Below, piece after piece: positions 8,003 to 16,892 of a stretch of DNA of 36,288 nt (its first letter is position 1; each line of letters starts with the position of its first letter). A program made the position numbers and the translations under genes. The stretch covers positions 1 through 36,288 of the forward strand of contig JAAKFR010000002.1 in the NCBI GenBank assembly GCA_011064985.1. The letters run 5' to 3'. The stretch is from Chlamydiota bacterium (lineage in GTDB: Bacteria > Chlamydiota > Chlamydiia > Chlamydiales > JAAKFR01). The notes under the pieces were generated by a model. It worked only from the letters and a program-made list of their open reading frames with translations. It ran no database searches and had not been told where the DNA came from.

Positions 8003-9079
8003 TTAGAAGGCTACACCGATACGCGCAGTGATCGCGTGGATGAAGAGCCCTTGTCCGTTGCTGTCGAGATCAGCACCAAAACTTTCATCAGCGCCTAAGG
8101 CAAGATTTCCACGAGTGTTGGGGAGGACGGTGCTCCACTGGGTCACTTCATATCCCAAACCTAGGTGGGTATCAAATCCACATAGGCACATATCATAGGT
8201 AACCCCCCACTTCCCTTCGAGACTGTGGATGTAGTGGCATCTTGTTTCTCTACGGGTAACGAGCCCAGTTATAATCTCTCCATTATCAACAAGTGTCACC
8301 AGGTTGACAAGTTTTAGGTCGTTGTCCCCAGCCACGATTGACCCTCCAAAGGAACCATAAAAATTCATACAATTCCAAAGACGGTAGTCGAACCGGACTC
8401 CTCCTACAACTCCATAGGCATGGTAGTCATTTTTTATTTTGACTTTTTGGTTTTCGAAATTGTCTTCATCAGTTAGTGCAGATCCATCCATGCGAGCATC
8501 TGTTGTGTACCAGAGTCCTCGGAATCCACCATAGGGGGTGAATTCTAGTCCGTTGCAAATGCAGCACGACCATCCAGCCGTTACATCCAGAAGGTGGTAG
8601 TCGTAATCTAAATGCGCTTTGACATCAATATCAGTAGCTTGGTTAATAAGGGATCTGAAATGAAAACCAACGGTATCTATAGTAGTTTGCACCCCCTCGG
8701 GACTAGGAATGAAAAAACCAAATCGGGTAGAATTTTGCCAGTATGAGTAGTCGGCTCTAAAAGACCAGGGGCTGCATTGAGGCCTGATCCCCCCTCCCAC
8801 GCGAAATCCGAAACACCAATCAGGGTCAAAAGATCTATTGGTGACCACGGTGATGATATTTTCAGTGTCAATAATGTCACTATTTGCAATTTCCGCAAAG
8901 ACGATGTCCATTTGGCAAGGTTTGACGGCCATCGGATCGAACCAGAAGGCATAATCAAAGCATGGTCCGCAACACTCGTCGTAGCAAGGGGAGCAGCAGT
9001 CGTTGTAGAACACATCGGCTAGCAGCTTGGGGCTGCCGGCAAGCAAAAGGGTAGCAAGTAGAATTTTTCGTAAGTACAT
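8003..9079 (-). CDS. Cysteine-rich beta-barrel outer membrane protein (MOMP/OmpA-family-like of chlamydia-related bacteria)
   Basis: Signal peptide MYLRKILLATLLLAGSPKLLA, then a Cys cluster DCCSPCYDECCGPCFDY. It shows alternating aromatic/hydrophilic beta-strand patterns and a C-terminal ...RIGVAF ending in Phe. GGAGA lies 8 nt upstream of the ATG at 9079. The track start at 9094 is less likely. Confidence 0.7.
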   Translation of the reverse strand: MYLRKILLATLLLAGSPKLLADVFYNDCCSPCYDECCGPCFDYAFWFDPMAVKPCQMDIVFAEIANSDIIDTENIITVVTNRSFDPDWCFGFRVGGGIRPQCSPWSFRADYSYWQNSTRFGFFIPSPEGVQTTIDTVGFHFRSLINQATDIDVKAHLDYDYHLLDVTAGWSCCICNGLEFTPYGGFRGLWYTTDARMDGSALTDEDNFENQKVKIKNDYHAYGVVGGVRFDYRLWNCMNFYGSFGGSIVAGDNDLKLVNLVTLVDNGEIITGLVTRRETRCHYIHSLEGKWGVTYDMCLCGFDTHLGLGYEVTQWSTVLPNTRGNLALGADESFGADLDSNGQGLFIHAITARIGVAF

Positions 9080-9217
9080 AGTCAAAATCTCCATAGGTTG
9101 GTAAGAAAAACAAAACCGTATGGAAGCGGGGAGATAAAGTCAAAGGGATTTTTGTGGGTGTGGCAGCAAGTTAAAAGTGGAGCTTACTCAGTTGAGCTAG
9201 GTGGTTCTATTTAAAGA

Positions 9218-9647
9218 CTTAACCCAAGTTCCCATCCTCACCCAAGTTCCCATCCTCAGGCACAAAGTAGGTGGTGTTCTTACTCATCCCGCAGAGGACA
9301 ATGAATACGCAAACTTTTTACTAACAAGACACAAAGCTTCGACACAAAGACACAAAGACACAAAGGATTTCTTAAATCCGGCCTCCTCCTCGTAAGAGGA
9401 GTTTTCCTTAAGGAGAGAGCAAAAATGGAAAATAGAATCGAACAATAACATGAGAAATGTAACATTTCTATTTTCCATTTTTGCTCTCTCCTTAAGGAAA
9501 AAGACCCTTTGGGTCAGGCCGGATTCTTCGTGTCTTTGTGTTGAGTCTTTGTGTCCTTTGTGGCCTTCCGTTCTCGTTATTTCCCGATAGGGGGCATGCA
9601 AAAGCCTGCCACAAATGAAGGCAAAAGCTCCACTTTTAATTGCACCC
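9218..9647. mobile_element. MITE-like element, copy B (inverted relative to copy A, degenerate termini, nested insertion)
   Basis: 9240-9600 aligns with the reverse complement of 4830-5090 at high identity. It has a tandem duplication of ACCCAAGTTCCCATCCTC (9222-9239 and 9240-9257). The GGGTGTAACCC termini are eroded. It lies about 60 nt from tRNA-Ser. Confidence 0.7.
9414..9489. repeat. Nested 76-bp palindromic insertion inside MITE copy B
   Basis: Absent from copy A. It has perfect 24-bp terminal inverted repeats (AGAGAGCAAAAATGGAAAATAGAA). It is flanked by CCTTAAGG at 9406-9413 and 9490-9497, whereas copy A has a single CCTTAAGG. Confidence 0.7.
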
Positions 9648-9706
9648 GTCTTATTCTCGAGGCTTGAGAAAAAGGGGGAGGGGCGATATGATCCTTTTTT
9701 CGTTTT

Positions 9707-9793
9707 GGAAAGGTGGCTGAGTGGCCGAAAGCACATCCCTGCTAAGGATGCGTACCTGCAAGGGTACCGAGGGTTCGAATCCCTCCCTTTCCG
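9707..9793 (+). tRNA. tRNA-Ser (anticodon GCU)
   Basis: Hand-folded cloverleaf. Acceptor GGAAAGG/CCTTTCC. Anticodon stem CATCC/GGATG with loop CTGCTAA. Long variable arm CGTACCTGCAAGGGTACC. T-arm GAGGG-TTCGAAT-CCCTC. No CCA is encoded. Confidence 0.9.
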
Positions 9794-9984
9794 TTTTTGT
9801 TTGTGGGCTCGGGTTTTCGTAGGCACACTCTCCGGAAATATATTTAACGCAGAGGAAGCACGCACCCCCGAGGGCAATTCAATATCCTATCCATCCTGCA
9901 GCGCGCTAGCGCGTATCCTGTTAATAATTTATTAATAATTTTATGCTATAATGCTCTTGTTGTTTGATTTGCAGGAAACAAGAG

Positions 9985-10905
9985 ATGAACCTAATGTCCA
10001 TAGCATCCACAGTTCAGCCTAAAACCTACTCTCCTGATACGAGGACCAAATGGATTCCCAAGGAGAAGATCGGCGTGGTAGCGCTTGCGATCATTGGAGC
10101 AATCGGACTTCTAGCAGCTCTCCTGGCCAATCGAGGGGTTCCTCTCTTCAACTCGTTGGGAACCACCCCCCAAATCATCCTGTTTGCCACAGGAGGGTCT
10201 CTAGAGGGAGGTGCCTTCCTTCTCATCGTTCTGGGGAATTGCCGGAAACAGGCTGTTCTTAAGCTCGATTACTCGTGGGAGCATGCCTCCCTCTACTGTC
10301 AGCTTCTTGAACCCGACAAAGATCTCGATAAGTGGAAAAATACAACTCTCCTCTATCCTGATGGATTCCAAGTGGAGCTCGACCTCTCCCATGCCCGGGC
10401 CAGACAAAAGAACAACAAGCCCACAATCCGTGCTGAGGAGGTCACCTCGCTTACTCGTGCAGAGTGGGAGGAGGTGTGTGACATCGAGCGGGAGGCTTTT
10501 GTATTCGGTGAGCTTCCTAAGACCTGCTGGGGAGGGTTCGATCGTTCCTCTTGTATCAACACATTGCGCCCTTTAAAAAAAATCGTTGCACGTGATGAGA
10601 AGGACAAAATTGTAGGTATTCTCTTTCATACGAATGAGGACAACCGAGCCCATATCTATACCTTCTCCAGGAGGGCAACGCATGGCCGTCTTGGGATCGG
10701 AACAACCCTTCTCGACCGCTTCTTTGAGAATGTGGTTTCACAAAAGAGCTACAAGGGAGCTTCCTTACGAGTGCGGGCAAGCAACTTCAGCGCCCAGCAG
10801 CTCTACGAGTCAAAAGGATTCAAAACTACATTGAGATGCACAAATTATTATGCCTATACTGCTTCTCCAGAAGATGGGTACTTCATGGTCTACAAAAAGC
10901 CTTAG
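9985..10905 (+). CDS. Membrane-anchored GNAT-family N-acetyltransferase with Inc-like bilobed hydrophobic domain
   Basis: The C-terminal ~150 aa are GNAT/RimI-like (IVGILFH..., [18 protein letters not shown] acetyl-CoA loop, LYESKGFK). The N-terminal part has two adjacent TM helices ([20 protein letters not shown] ... [21 protein letters not shown]). The ATG at 9985 is preferred over the TTG at 9964. Confidence 0.7.
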   Translation: MNLMSIASTVQPKTYSPDTRTKWIPKEKIGVVALAIIGAIGLLAALLANRGVPLFNSLGTTPQIILFATGGSLEGGAFLLIVLGNCRKQAVLKLDYSWEHASLYCQLLEPDKDLDKWKNTTLLYPDGFQVELDLSHARARQKNNKPTIRAEEVTSLTRAEWEEVCDIEREAFVFGELPKTCWGGFDRSSCINTLRPLKKIVARDEKDKIVGILFHTNEDNRAHIYTFSRRATHGRLGIGTTLLDRFFENVVSQKSYKGASLRVRASNFSAQQLYESKGFKTTLRCTNYYAYTASPEDGYFMVYKKP

Positions 10906-12317
10906 TCTTTAAGAGACAAAAGGAGCTCTGCGTTGCTGCTTGTCCTCTTCATCCTGCCAAGCAAGAGGTTCATTGCATCGAGAGGGGTGAGATCGGCAAC
11001 GGCCTGTCTCAAGATAAAGACCTTCTCGAGCTCTGAGGGGTGGTAGAGGAGCTCCTCCTTGCGGGTTCCGCTCTTGACGAGGTCGATCGCGGGCCAAATC
11101 CGTCTATCGGCAAGTCTTCTGTCTAGGACGAGTTCCATATTCCCCGTCCCTTTGAACTCTTCAAAGATCACCTCGTCCATACGGGAGCCGGTTTCGATAA
11201 GAGCGGTTCCGAGGATCGTGAGGGAGCCTCCTCCTTCGATGTTTCTGGCGGCCCCGAGGAGGCGCTTTGGCTTGTGGAGGGCGCTAGCATCGACCCCTCC
11301 AGAGAGGATCTTTCCAGAGTGGGGTTGGCACGTGTTGTAGGCACGAGCGAGACGGGTGATCGAATCGAGGAGGATGACGACGTCTTTTCCTTGCTCGACG
11401 AGGCGACGAGACTTCTCAATCACCATCTCAGCCACTTGGATGTGTCTTTCGGGTTGCTCATCAAAGGTGGAGGCGACGACCTCCCCTTTTACCGCACGGC
11501 TCATATCGGTCACCTCTTCGGGTCTCTCATCGATCAAGAGGACGATCAGAGAGACTTCGGGGTGGTTGATGGCGATCGCATGGGCGATATTCTGCAAAAT
11601 AATGGTTTTTCCTGTTCTAGGAGGGGCGACGATGAGTCCTCGTTGTCCTTTTCCTATGGGAGCGGCTAAATCAAGAATCCGCTCAGAGAAGCGGTCTCGA
11701 GTAGTTTCCATGACAAGCCTCTCGTCTGGATAGAGAGGGGTGAGGTTCTCGAAAAAGACCCGCTCTTTGGCCTCTTCAGGGGTCATATTGTTGATCGTAT
11801 CGACACGGCAGAGGGCAAAATACTTCTCTCGCTCTTTTGGGGAACGGATCGTTCCTGACACGGTGTCCCCTTTCTTGAGATCGAAGCGACGGATTTGGGT
11901 AGGGGAGACATAGATATCTTCGGCAGAGGGGAGGTAGTTATAAGTGGGAGAGCGCAAGAAGCCAAATCCATCGGGGAGGACTTCTAAAACCCCCTCGCCG
12001 ATCAAAAGCTCTTCGGGGTGGACCGACTTGATTTTGACGATCTCAAAGACGACCTGCGATTTGGGAAGAGAGCTTAGATTTTTGATCCCGTAGTCTTTTG
12101 CTTCATGATTGAGCTCTTGAATATTCATTCGTTGGAGATCGGCGATCTTGGTGACTTTAGTGGGCCTGAGGGGAGTTTGCGTCTCGTCTTGTGGAGGGGG
12201 TTTCTCTGCTTGGACTTCCTCAGAGACCATCTTTTCAGGCGGAGGGAGGGTTGTTGAGGAGCGTCTTTTCGGGTATTTTTTTGTGCGAGTTTTAGAAGAG
12301 GTTTCTTCTTTGTTCAT
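10902..12317 (-). CDS. rho: Transcription termination factor Rho
   Basis: 471 aa. Has the Rho N-terminal and CSD-like RNA-binding domains, and Walker [16 protein letters not shown]. About 55 aa at the N-terminus form a Pro/Lys-rich extension. Confidence 0.95.
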   Translation of the reverse strand: MNKEETSSKTRTKKYPKRRSSTTLPPPEKMVSEEVQAEKPPPQDETQTPLRPTKVTKIADLQRMNIQELNHEAKDYGIKNLSSLPKSQVVFEIVKIKSVHPEELLIGEGVLEVLPDGFGFLRSPTYNYLPSAEDIYVSPTQIRRFDLKKGDTVSGTIRSPKEREKYFALCRVDTINNMTPEEAKERVFFENLTPLYPDERLVMETTRDRFSERILDLAAPIGKGQRGLIVAPPRTGKTIILQNIAHAIAINHPEVSLIVLLIDERPEEVTDMSRAVKGEVVASTFDEQPERHIQVAEMVIEKSRRLVEQGKDVVILLDSITRLARAYNTCQPHSGKILSGGVDASALHKPKRLLGAARNIEGGGSLTILGTALIETGSRMDEVIFEEFKGTGNMELVLDRRLADRRIWPAIDLVKSGTRKEELLYHPSELEKVFILRQAVADLTPLDAMNLLLGRMKRTSSNAELLLSLKD

Positions 12318-12925
12318 GGAGTTTCCTTCAAAAGGTTATAGGTTTTTTGGACTGTATCTTGCAGGGCATTGAGATTGCCACTGTTCTCGAGGATGAAATC
12401 GGCAGCTCGTCTATTTTTTGCCAGCTGGCGTAAACGGGCCTCTCGTCTTTCAAATTCCTCTTCTTCATAGGTGGTAGTTTCTATAAATCTCTTCTTACAG
12501 ATCGCCTCTTCCGCTTGTACCTCGATAAGTGTGTCGTACTCATTTTCAAACTGTTTTTCAAAGAGAGGGATTTCGACAACAAATAAGGGGGATTTTTGCT
12601 CTAAGGCGAGTTGGTATTGGATTTCTATTTCTTTTTGGACTTGTGGATGTACTCGTTGTTCTAGCTTTTCTAATAGAGAGGGGTCACGGAATACTCTTGC
12701 AGCGACTGCCTCTCGGTCAATTTTCTCTCCTGCGACAATCTCCTCTCCTAACAGGGAGATGATGTCTCGACCAAGTGGGGTAGAAGGAGAGAGAAGTTTA
12801 TGAACGATTGCATCTGCACTGACGACGAAGGCTCCACACTTCTCAAAAAAACGGCAGACTGTACTCTTGCCCGATGCCAACCCGCCAGTAACAGCGACTT
12901 TTCTCAACTTTAACACTCCGCCCAA
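12314..12925 (-). CDS. coaE: Dephospho-CoA kinase
   Basis: [15 protein letters not shown]-loop close to the N-terminus and CoaE-like length. The start is ambiguous (TTG 12925, GTG 12916 or TTG 12907). The stop overlaps the rho start as ATGA. Confidence 0.85.
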   Translation of the reverse strand: MGGVLKLRKVAVTGGLASGKSTVCRFFEKCGAFVVSADAIVHKLLSPSTPLGRDIISLLGEEIVAGEKIDREAVAARVFRDPSLLEKLEQRVHPQVQKEIEIQYQLALEQKSPLFVVEIPLFEKQFENEYDTLIEVQAEEAICKKRFIETTTYEEEEFERREARLRQLAKNRRAADFILENSGNLNALQDTVQKTYNLLKETP

Positions 12926-15567
12926 TTTTTGCCAATTGCGACATCAACGACAAGTGGGACTTTGAGGGTATAGACCCCCTCCATTGCTTGCTTGACGAGG
13001 GGAAGAAGGGTGTCGATCTCCTCGTCGGGGACTTCGAAAATCAGCTCATCATGAATTTGGAGGATCATGAGGCTTTTAAGTTTCCTCTTCTCCATCTCAC
13101 AATCGATCCGGAGCATCGCCTCTTTGATCAGATCGGCTGCTGTCCCTTGGAGGGGCGTATTGATCGCGAGCCTCTCAGCAGCATTTCGAACGATTGCGTT
13201 GCTACTCAAAATATCGGGCATCTCCCGCTCACGTCCGAGGATAGTCACCGACTTTCCGCTCTCTTTCGCTTCGCGGATCGTCTGATCGATGAATTCTCCC
13301 ACTTTTGGGTAGCGGAGGAAGTAATTTTTGATGAAAGTGGCAGCCTTGTCGATTGGGATTTTCAACTCTTGGGAGAGGCCGTAAGCTTGCTGCCCATAGA
13401 GGATGCCGAAGTTGATCGCTTTGGCGTGGTGACGCTGTTCTTTCGTCACCTTCTCAAGTGGGATCTCAAACATGAGTGAGGCAGTAGAGGTGTGGATGTC
13501 TTCTCCCTTCTGGAAGGCTTCGATGAGGCTCGGGTCTCCGCTTAAGTGGGCCATCAGCCGAAGTTCAATTTGCGAGTAGTCGGCTGCCAGGTAGCTCCAT
13601 CCATCCTTCTGGGGACGGAAGGCTTCGCGGATTCTCCTCCCTTGAGGTGTTCTCACAGGGATGTTTTGGAGATTAGGATCTTGGCAGGCGAGGCGGCCGG
13701 TTGCTGTGACAAATTGGTTGTAGGTAGGATGGACTCTCTTGGTTTCAGGATTGACCTCATTTGGGAGAGATTCGATGTAGGTAGAACGGAGCTTTTCAAG
13801 AGAGCGGAAGGAGAGGATTTTTTCAGCGATCGGATATTTTAATGCGAGGGCCTCTAACACTTCGGCTCTTGTAGACAACCCTGTGGCTGTTTTCTTGAGG
13901 GGTTTGATTCCCATCTTCTCAAAAAGGATATGCGAAAGTTGCTTAGGAGAGCTGATGTTGAACTCTTCTCCTGCAAGTTCGTAGATCTCTTTTTCCCGGC
14001 CTCTCAGTTCTTTATTTATCTCGACTGCATATTCTTTAAGTTCTTCGACATTTAGATAGACCCCAGCCCGTTCCATCTTTGCTAAAATACGCGTAAGAGG
14101 GAGCTCGAGGTCGAAAAGGAGGGGAGCAAGGCCGCGCTCTTCAAGAGGCTTGGCGAGCACTTGCTTTAAGCGGAAGGTGTAGTCGACATCTTCTGAGCAG
14201 TAGGAGGAGACCTTTTCGATCGGAACTTGGTCCATCGTGATCTCTTTTTTTCCTGAACCGATAAGATCCTTGATCGGGGTTTTTACTTTTCCGAAATACT
14301 GGAGACTAAGAGCGTCAAGAGAGTGGCGCCTAGTCCCCGAGTTGAGCAAATACGAAGCGAGAATCGTATCAAAACAAAGGTTGGCAACTTTGATCCCATA
14401 ATTGGCTAGAATATGGAGGTCATACTTTGCATTATGGGCAAAAAAGCCGATCTCTCGATTGGCAAAAAGGGGGGTGATCGCTTCAAGGACTCTCTCCTTT
14501 CCCAGTTTCCCGTTTAAGGGGATGTAGTACCCCTCCTTTTCTCGAAAGGAAAAGCCGATGCCAACAAGCTCTGCGAGTAAGGGGCGCACATGGGTGGTCT
14601 CGGTATCGAAGGCGATTTCTTTTTGATTCTGCAATGTCTCAATCAACTGGTCTAAAGCTTCCTCATCGTCGACGAGGTGGTAGTCGACTTTCCCTTCCTC
14701 TTGTGAAAAATCGCCCCCAAGTTCCTTCACAAGGGAGGTGAAGTCGAAATCGAGGTAGAATTGGCGTAGGGAGGGGAGGTCAGTGGGCCGTTTGGAGAAG
14801 ACTCCTTTCTCTTTAGGAAAATCGACATCGGTGTGAATGGTAGCCAGCCTTTGGCTCAAACGGGCAATCTCAGCCTCTTCTTTGAGGGTCTCTTGTTTTT
14901 TTTGTCCTTTTACTTTTTCGGGATTTGCGAGAAGGGTCTCAAGAGAGCCAAACTCTTTGAGTAGAGCTACCGCTGTTTTAGGGCCAAACCCTTTTAGGCC
15001 GGGGATGTTGTCTGAGCTATCTCCCATAATCGCAAGTAGGTCGATGATTTGTGCAGGGGGAACTCCATAGATCTCCTCAACTTTCGCGGCGTCGATCACC
15101 AGATTCTCTTTCCAAGGGTTGAGGAGGAAGACTTCGTCTGTTACGAGTTGCGCGAGGTCTTTATCACTCGTGCAGAGGTAGACCTCCCACCCTTGGCCTG
15201 CTCCCCATTTGGCAATGCTCCCCATCGTGTCGTCAGCCTCGACTCCGGGAACTGCTAAATGCTCAACCCCTAGCAGCTTGCAAAAATCCATCCCTTTTTC
15301 AATCTGCTCGGGAAGATCTTCTGCAATCTGAGTCCGATTCGCCTTGTACTGCTCGTAGATCGCTGTCCTTTGCCGTTTGTTGTCGGGGCCATCAAAGACT
15401 GCGACGATGTGTTCTGGGCTAAAATCTTTGAAGAGTTTCAAAACGGAACGGATGAACCCAAAAAGGGCGTGTGTCGCCTCTCCTTTAGGGCTTGTCATGG
15501 GGGGAAGGGCGTAGTAGGCACGGAAGATAAAGCCTGATACGTCTAACACAAAAAGCTTGGGTTTCAC
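12910..15567 (-). CDS. polA: DNA polymerase I
   Basis: Has 5'-3' exonuclease (LFVLDVSGFIFRAYYA), 3'-5' exonuclease (IAFDTETT) and polymerase domains (ADYSQIELR, QIHDELIFE). The likely GTG start at 15567 (VKPKLFVLD) is 14 nt after the sppA stop. The track ORF runs to 15693 and overlaps sppA. Confidence 0.93.
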   Translation of the reverse strand: MKPKLFVLDVSGFIFRAYYALPPMTSPKGEATHALFGFIRSVLKLFKDFSPEHIVAVFDGPDNKRQRTAIYEQYKANRTQIAEDLPEQIEKGMDFCKLLGVEHLAVPGVEADDTMGSIAKWGAGQGWEVYLCTSDKDLAQLVTDEVFLLNPWKENLVIDAAKVEEIYGVPPAQIIDLLAIMGDSSDNIPGLKGFGPKTAVALLKEFGSLETLLANPEKVKGQKKQETLKEEAEIARLSQRLATIHTDVDFPKEKGVFSKRPTDLPSLRQFYLDFDFTSLVKELGGDFSQEEGKVDYHLVDDEEALDQLIETLQNQKEIAFDTETTHVRPLLAELVGIGFSFREKEGYYIPLNGKLGKERVLEAITPLFANREIGFFAHNAKYDLHILANYGIKVANLCFDTILASYLLNSGTRRHSLDALSLQYFGKVKTPIKDLIGSGKKEITMDQVPIEKVSSYCSEDVDYTFRLKQVLAKPLEERGLAPLLFDLELPLTRILAKMERAGVYLNVEELKEYAVEINKELRGREKEIYELAGEEFNISSPKQLSHILFEKMGIKPLKKTATGLSTRAEVLEALALKYPIAEKILSFRSLEKLRSTYIESLPNEVNPETKRVHPTYNQFVTATGRLACQDPNLQNIPVRTPQGRRIREAFRPQKDGWSYLAADYSQIELRLMAHLSGDPSLIEAFQKGEDIHTSTASLMFEIPLEKVTKEQRHHAKAINFGILYGQQAYGLSQELKIPIDKAATFIKNYFLRYPKVGEFIDQTIREAKESGKSVTILGREREMPDILSSNAIVRNAAERLAINTPLQGTAADLIKEAMLRIDCEMEKRKLKSLMILQIHDELIFEVPDEEIDTLLPLVKQAMEGVYTLKVPLVVDVAIGKNWAEC

Positions 15568-15581
15568 GGGAGTCCCCACAG

Positions 15582-16604
15582 TTAATAGAAAGAGAGTGGA
15601 TATCCCTCTAAATTTGGAAGGGAGAGTTCGTGTTTGATTTTTCCTGTAATGAGAGGGTTTTGGGAAGCGTTTTGGTAGAGTTGTTGCCACCATGAGGAGG
15701 TCTCAAAGGAGACAACTTGGTACTTTCCTTCGATACCAGCGGCTTCCGCTAACTCCTCTAACACGAGAGCTCTAGTGTAGCGCTCCCCATCGATCAGGCC
15801 AAAATCAAGGGCTTTTGGTGAGGGATATGCCTCAGCTCCCACCTCATCCACCAAAAAATCTACCGGGATTTGCCGGTTTTCGCTCACAATCGCAACAAAC
15901 TCGCGATAGAAAAAGTTGATGATCTTTTGATAGTGCTTCTGCTCTCCCTCTTTCCAAGGGCGGAAGGGGTTGAGTTCATCTTTCCCTTTCCCTGCTGAAA
16001 GGGTCAACGGCTTAACGCCGAGCTTTTCTAGGGTGTCAGCAAGATTGAGAAAGGGGGGCCAAGCCAAAACACCGATTGATCCAATCAGGCTAGAATCAGA
16101 AGCGTAGATCTTATCTGCTGCGCAAGCGATGTAGTATCCACCCGAGGCGCACATCCCATTGACATAAGCAAAAACAGGGACATCGTACCGCTCTTTGTAG
16201 GTTTTGAGGTGGCGGTAGATCACATCGGAATCGTTGGCAGCTCCACCAGGAGTGTTGATGTTGAGCAGAATCCCTTTTACACGCCCTTTCTTGAAGTCTT
16301 TTTCACGTGAATCGAGAAGGACTTCTTCGACTTTCTCTCCTGTGAGGTTCCCTTCTCCGACTTTCCCTTTGACATCGATCTGGAGGATCACAGGAGCTGA
16401 GCTTGCGAGCTCTTTCCGTTTTCCTTTGGCATCTGGGAGGATTTTCACATTTGAGGGGAGTGACTTGTCTTCAGTAGCTACAAAAAGGCCTACTAATGCA
16501 AAGACAACAAGAAATAGGGCAATCAGTGCACCCAATACCCCAAACAGGGCAACAAAAAAAGAGCGGAGCGCGCTCATGAATACGGTTTCGTGGATAGCTT
16601 TCAT
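15582..16604 (-). CDS. sppA: Signal peptide peptidase SppA, 36K type (peptidase S49)
   Basis: 340 aa. N-terminal TM anchor and an S49 core with GMCASGGYYIACAADKIYA containing the catalytic Ser. Confidence 0.88.
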   Translation of the reverse strand: MKAIHETVFMSALRSFFVALFGVLGALIALFLVVFALVGLFVATEDKSLPSNVKILPDAKGKRKELASSAPVILQIDVKGKVGEGNLTGEKVEEVLLDSREKDFKKGRVKGILLNINTPGGAANDSDVIYRHLKTYKERYDVPVFAYVNGMCASGGYYIACAADKIYASDSSLIGSIGVLAWPPFLNLADTLEKLGVKPLTLSAGKGKDELNPFRPWKEGEQKHYQKIINFFYREFVAIVSENRQIPVDFLVDEVGAEAYPSPKALDFGLIDGERYTRALVLEELAEAAGIEGKYQVVSFETSSWWQQLYQNASQNPLITGKIKHELSLPNLEGYPLSFY

Positions 16605-16617
16605 ATTAGAATAAAAC

Positions 16618-16740
16618 CAAGTTAATGTGGACTTTTGGCTGCTTTTCCTCCCATCTTAACGATCTCATCCTCGCCGTATCACTTATACTGTCATCGCTCG
16701 AGATTGTTAAACTGGAAGGAAAATCCCCAAAAGCACTTTG
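16618..16740 (-). promoter_or_regulatory. Conserved leader element upstream of sppA (long version)
   Basis: Blocks 16618-16654 and 16718-16740 match 4388-4424 and 4438-4461. The spacer between the blocks is about 63 nt here, against 13 nt in the mnmG copy. Confidence 0.35.
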
Positions 16741-16892
16741 TAAAGTATTTAATTTATAACCCTTCCTAAGTAGCGAATTGTATACAACTTTCCCTTTCTT
16801 GCCAATCTATACAGAAAACTTTTCTTCTTCGCTTAAAAAAATTGGGCACAGGCACGAAGAGGGGTATCCGAAATCCGCGGTTGAAGCCAGAT

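Noticed and set aside
9201-9395. 64-aa ORF inside MITE copy B, sharing its frame and stop with the tail of the 359-aa ORF in copy A.
   Set aside because: It has no independent start context or RBS and is not attached to an upstream gene here. I treat it as an open frame intrinsic to the repeat, noted under findings, rather than as a gene.
4763-9647. Composite transposon or genomic island delimited by the two inverted MITE copies.
   Set aside because: There is no transposase or integrase. The segment contains the essential dnaB, and copy B termini are degenerate. Only the inversion-substrate and AT-rich sub-island ideas are kept as findings.
9284-9877. 197-aa minus-strand ORF, and the 106-aa plus-strand ORF at 9615-9935.
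   Set aside because: They run through MITE copy B, the nested palindrome and the tRNA-Ser gene. Their composition is low-complexity and repeat-derived, so they are artefacts of an open frame across non-coding repeats.
11274-11733. Numerous 60-180-aa ORFs antisense to or out of frame with rho, polA, mnmG, ntt, pgk, pdxS, dnaB and the efflux genes (for example 11274-11669, 12988-13479, 22528-23070, 30583-31044, 20461-20922).
   Set aside because: They lie entirely within strongly supported conserved genes. They have Arg/Ser/Pro-rich shadow-frame composition and no RBS or family resemblance.
15568-15693. N-terminal extensions of track ORFs: polA to 15693, pdxS to 31208, engB to 32471, ABC ATPase to 17720, mnmG to 4451, OMP to 9094, thiamine pyrophosphokinase to 35438.
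   Set aside because: Each extension overlaps the upstream gene, tRNA or repeat. Each adds residues absent from the conserved family N-terminus. Internal starts give canonical N-termini and ATGA or short-gap coupling.
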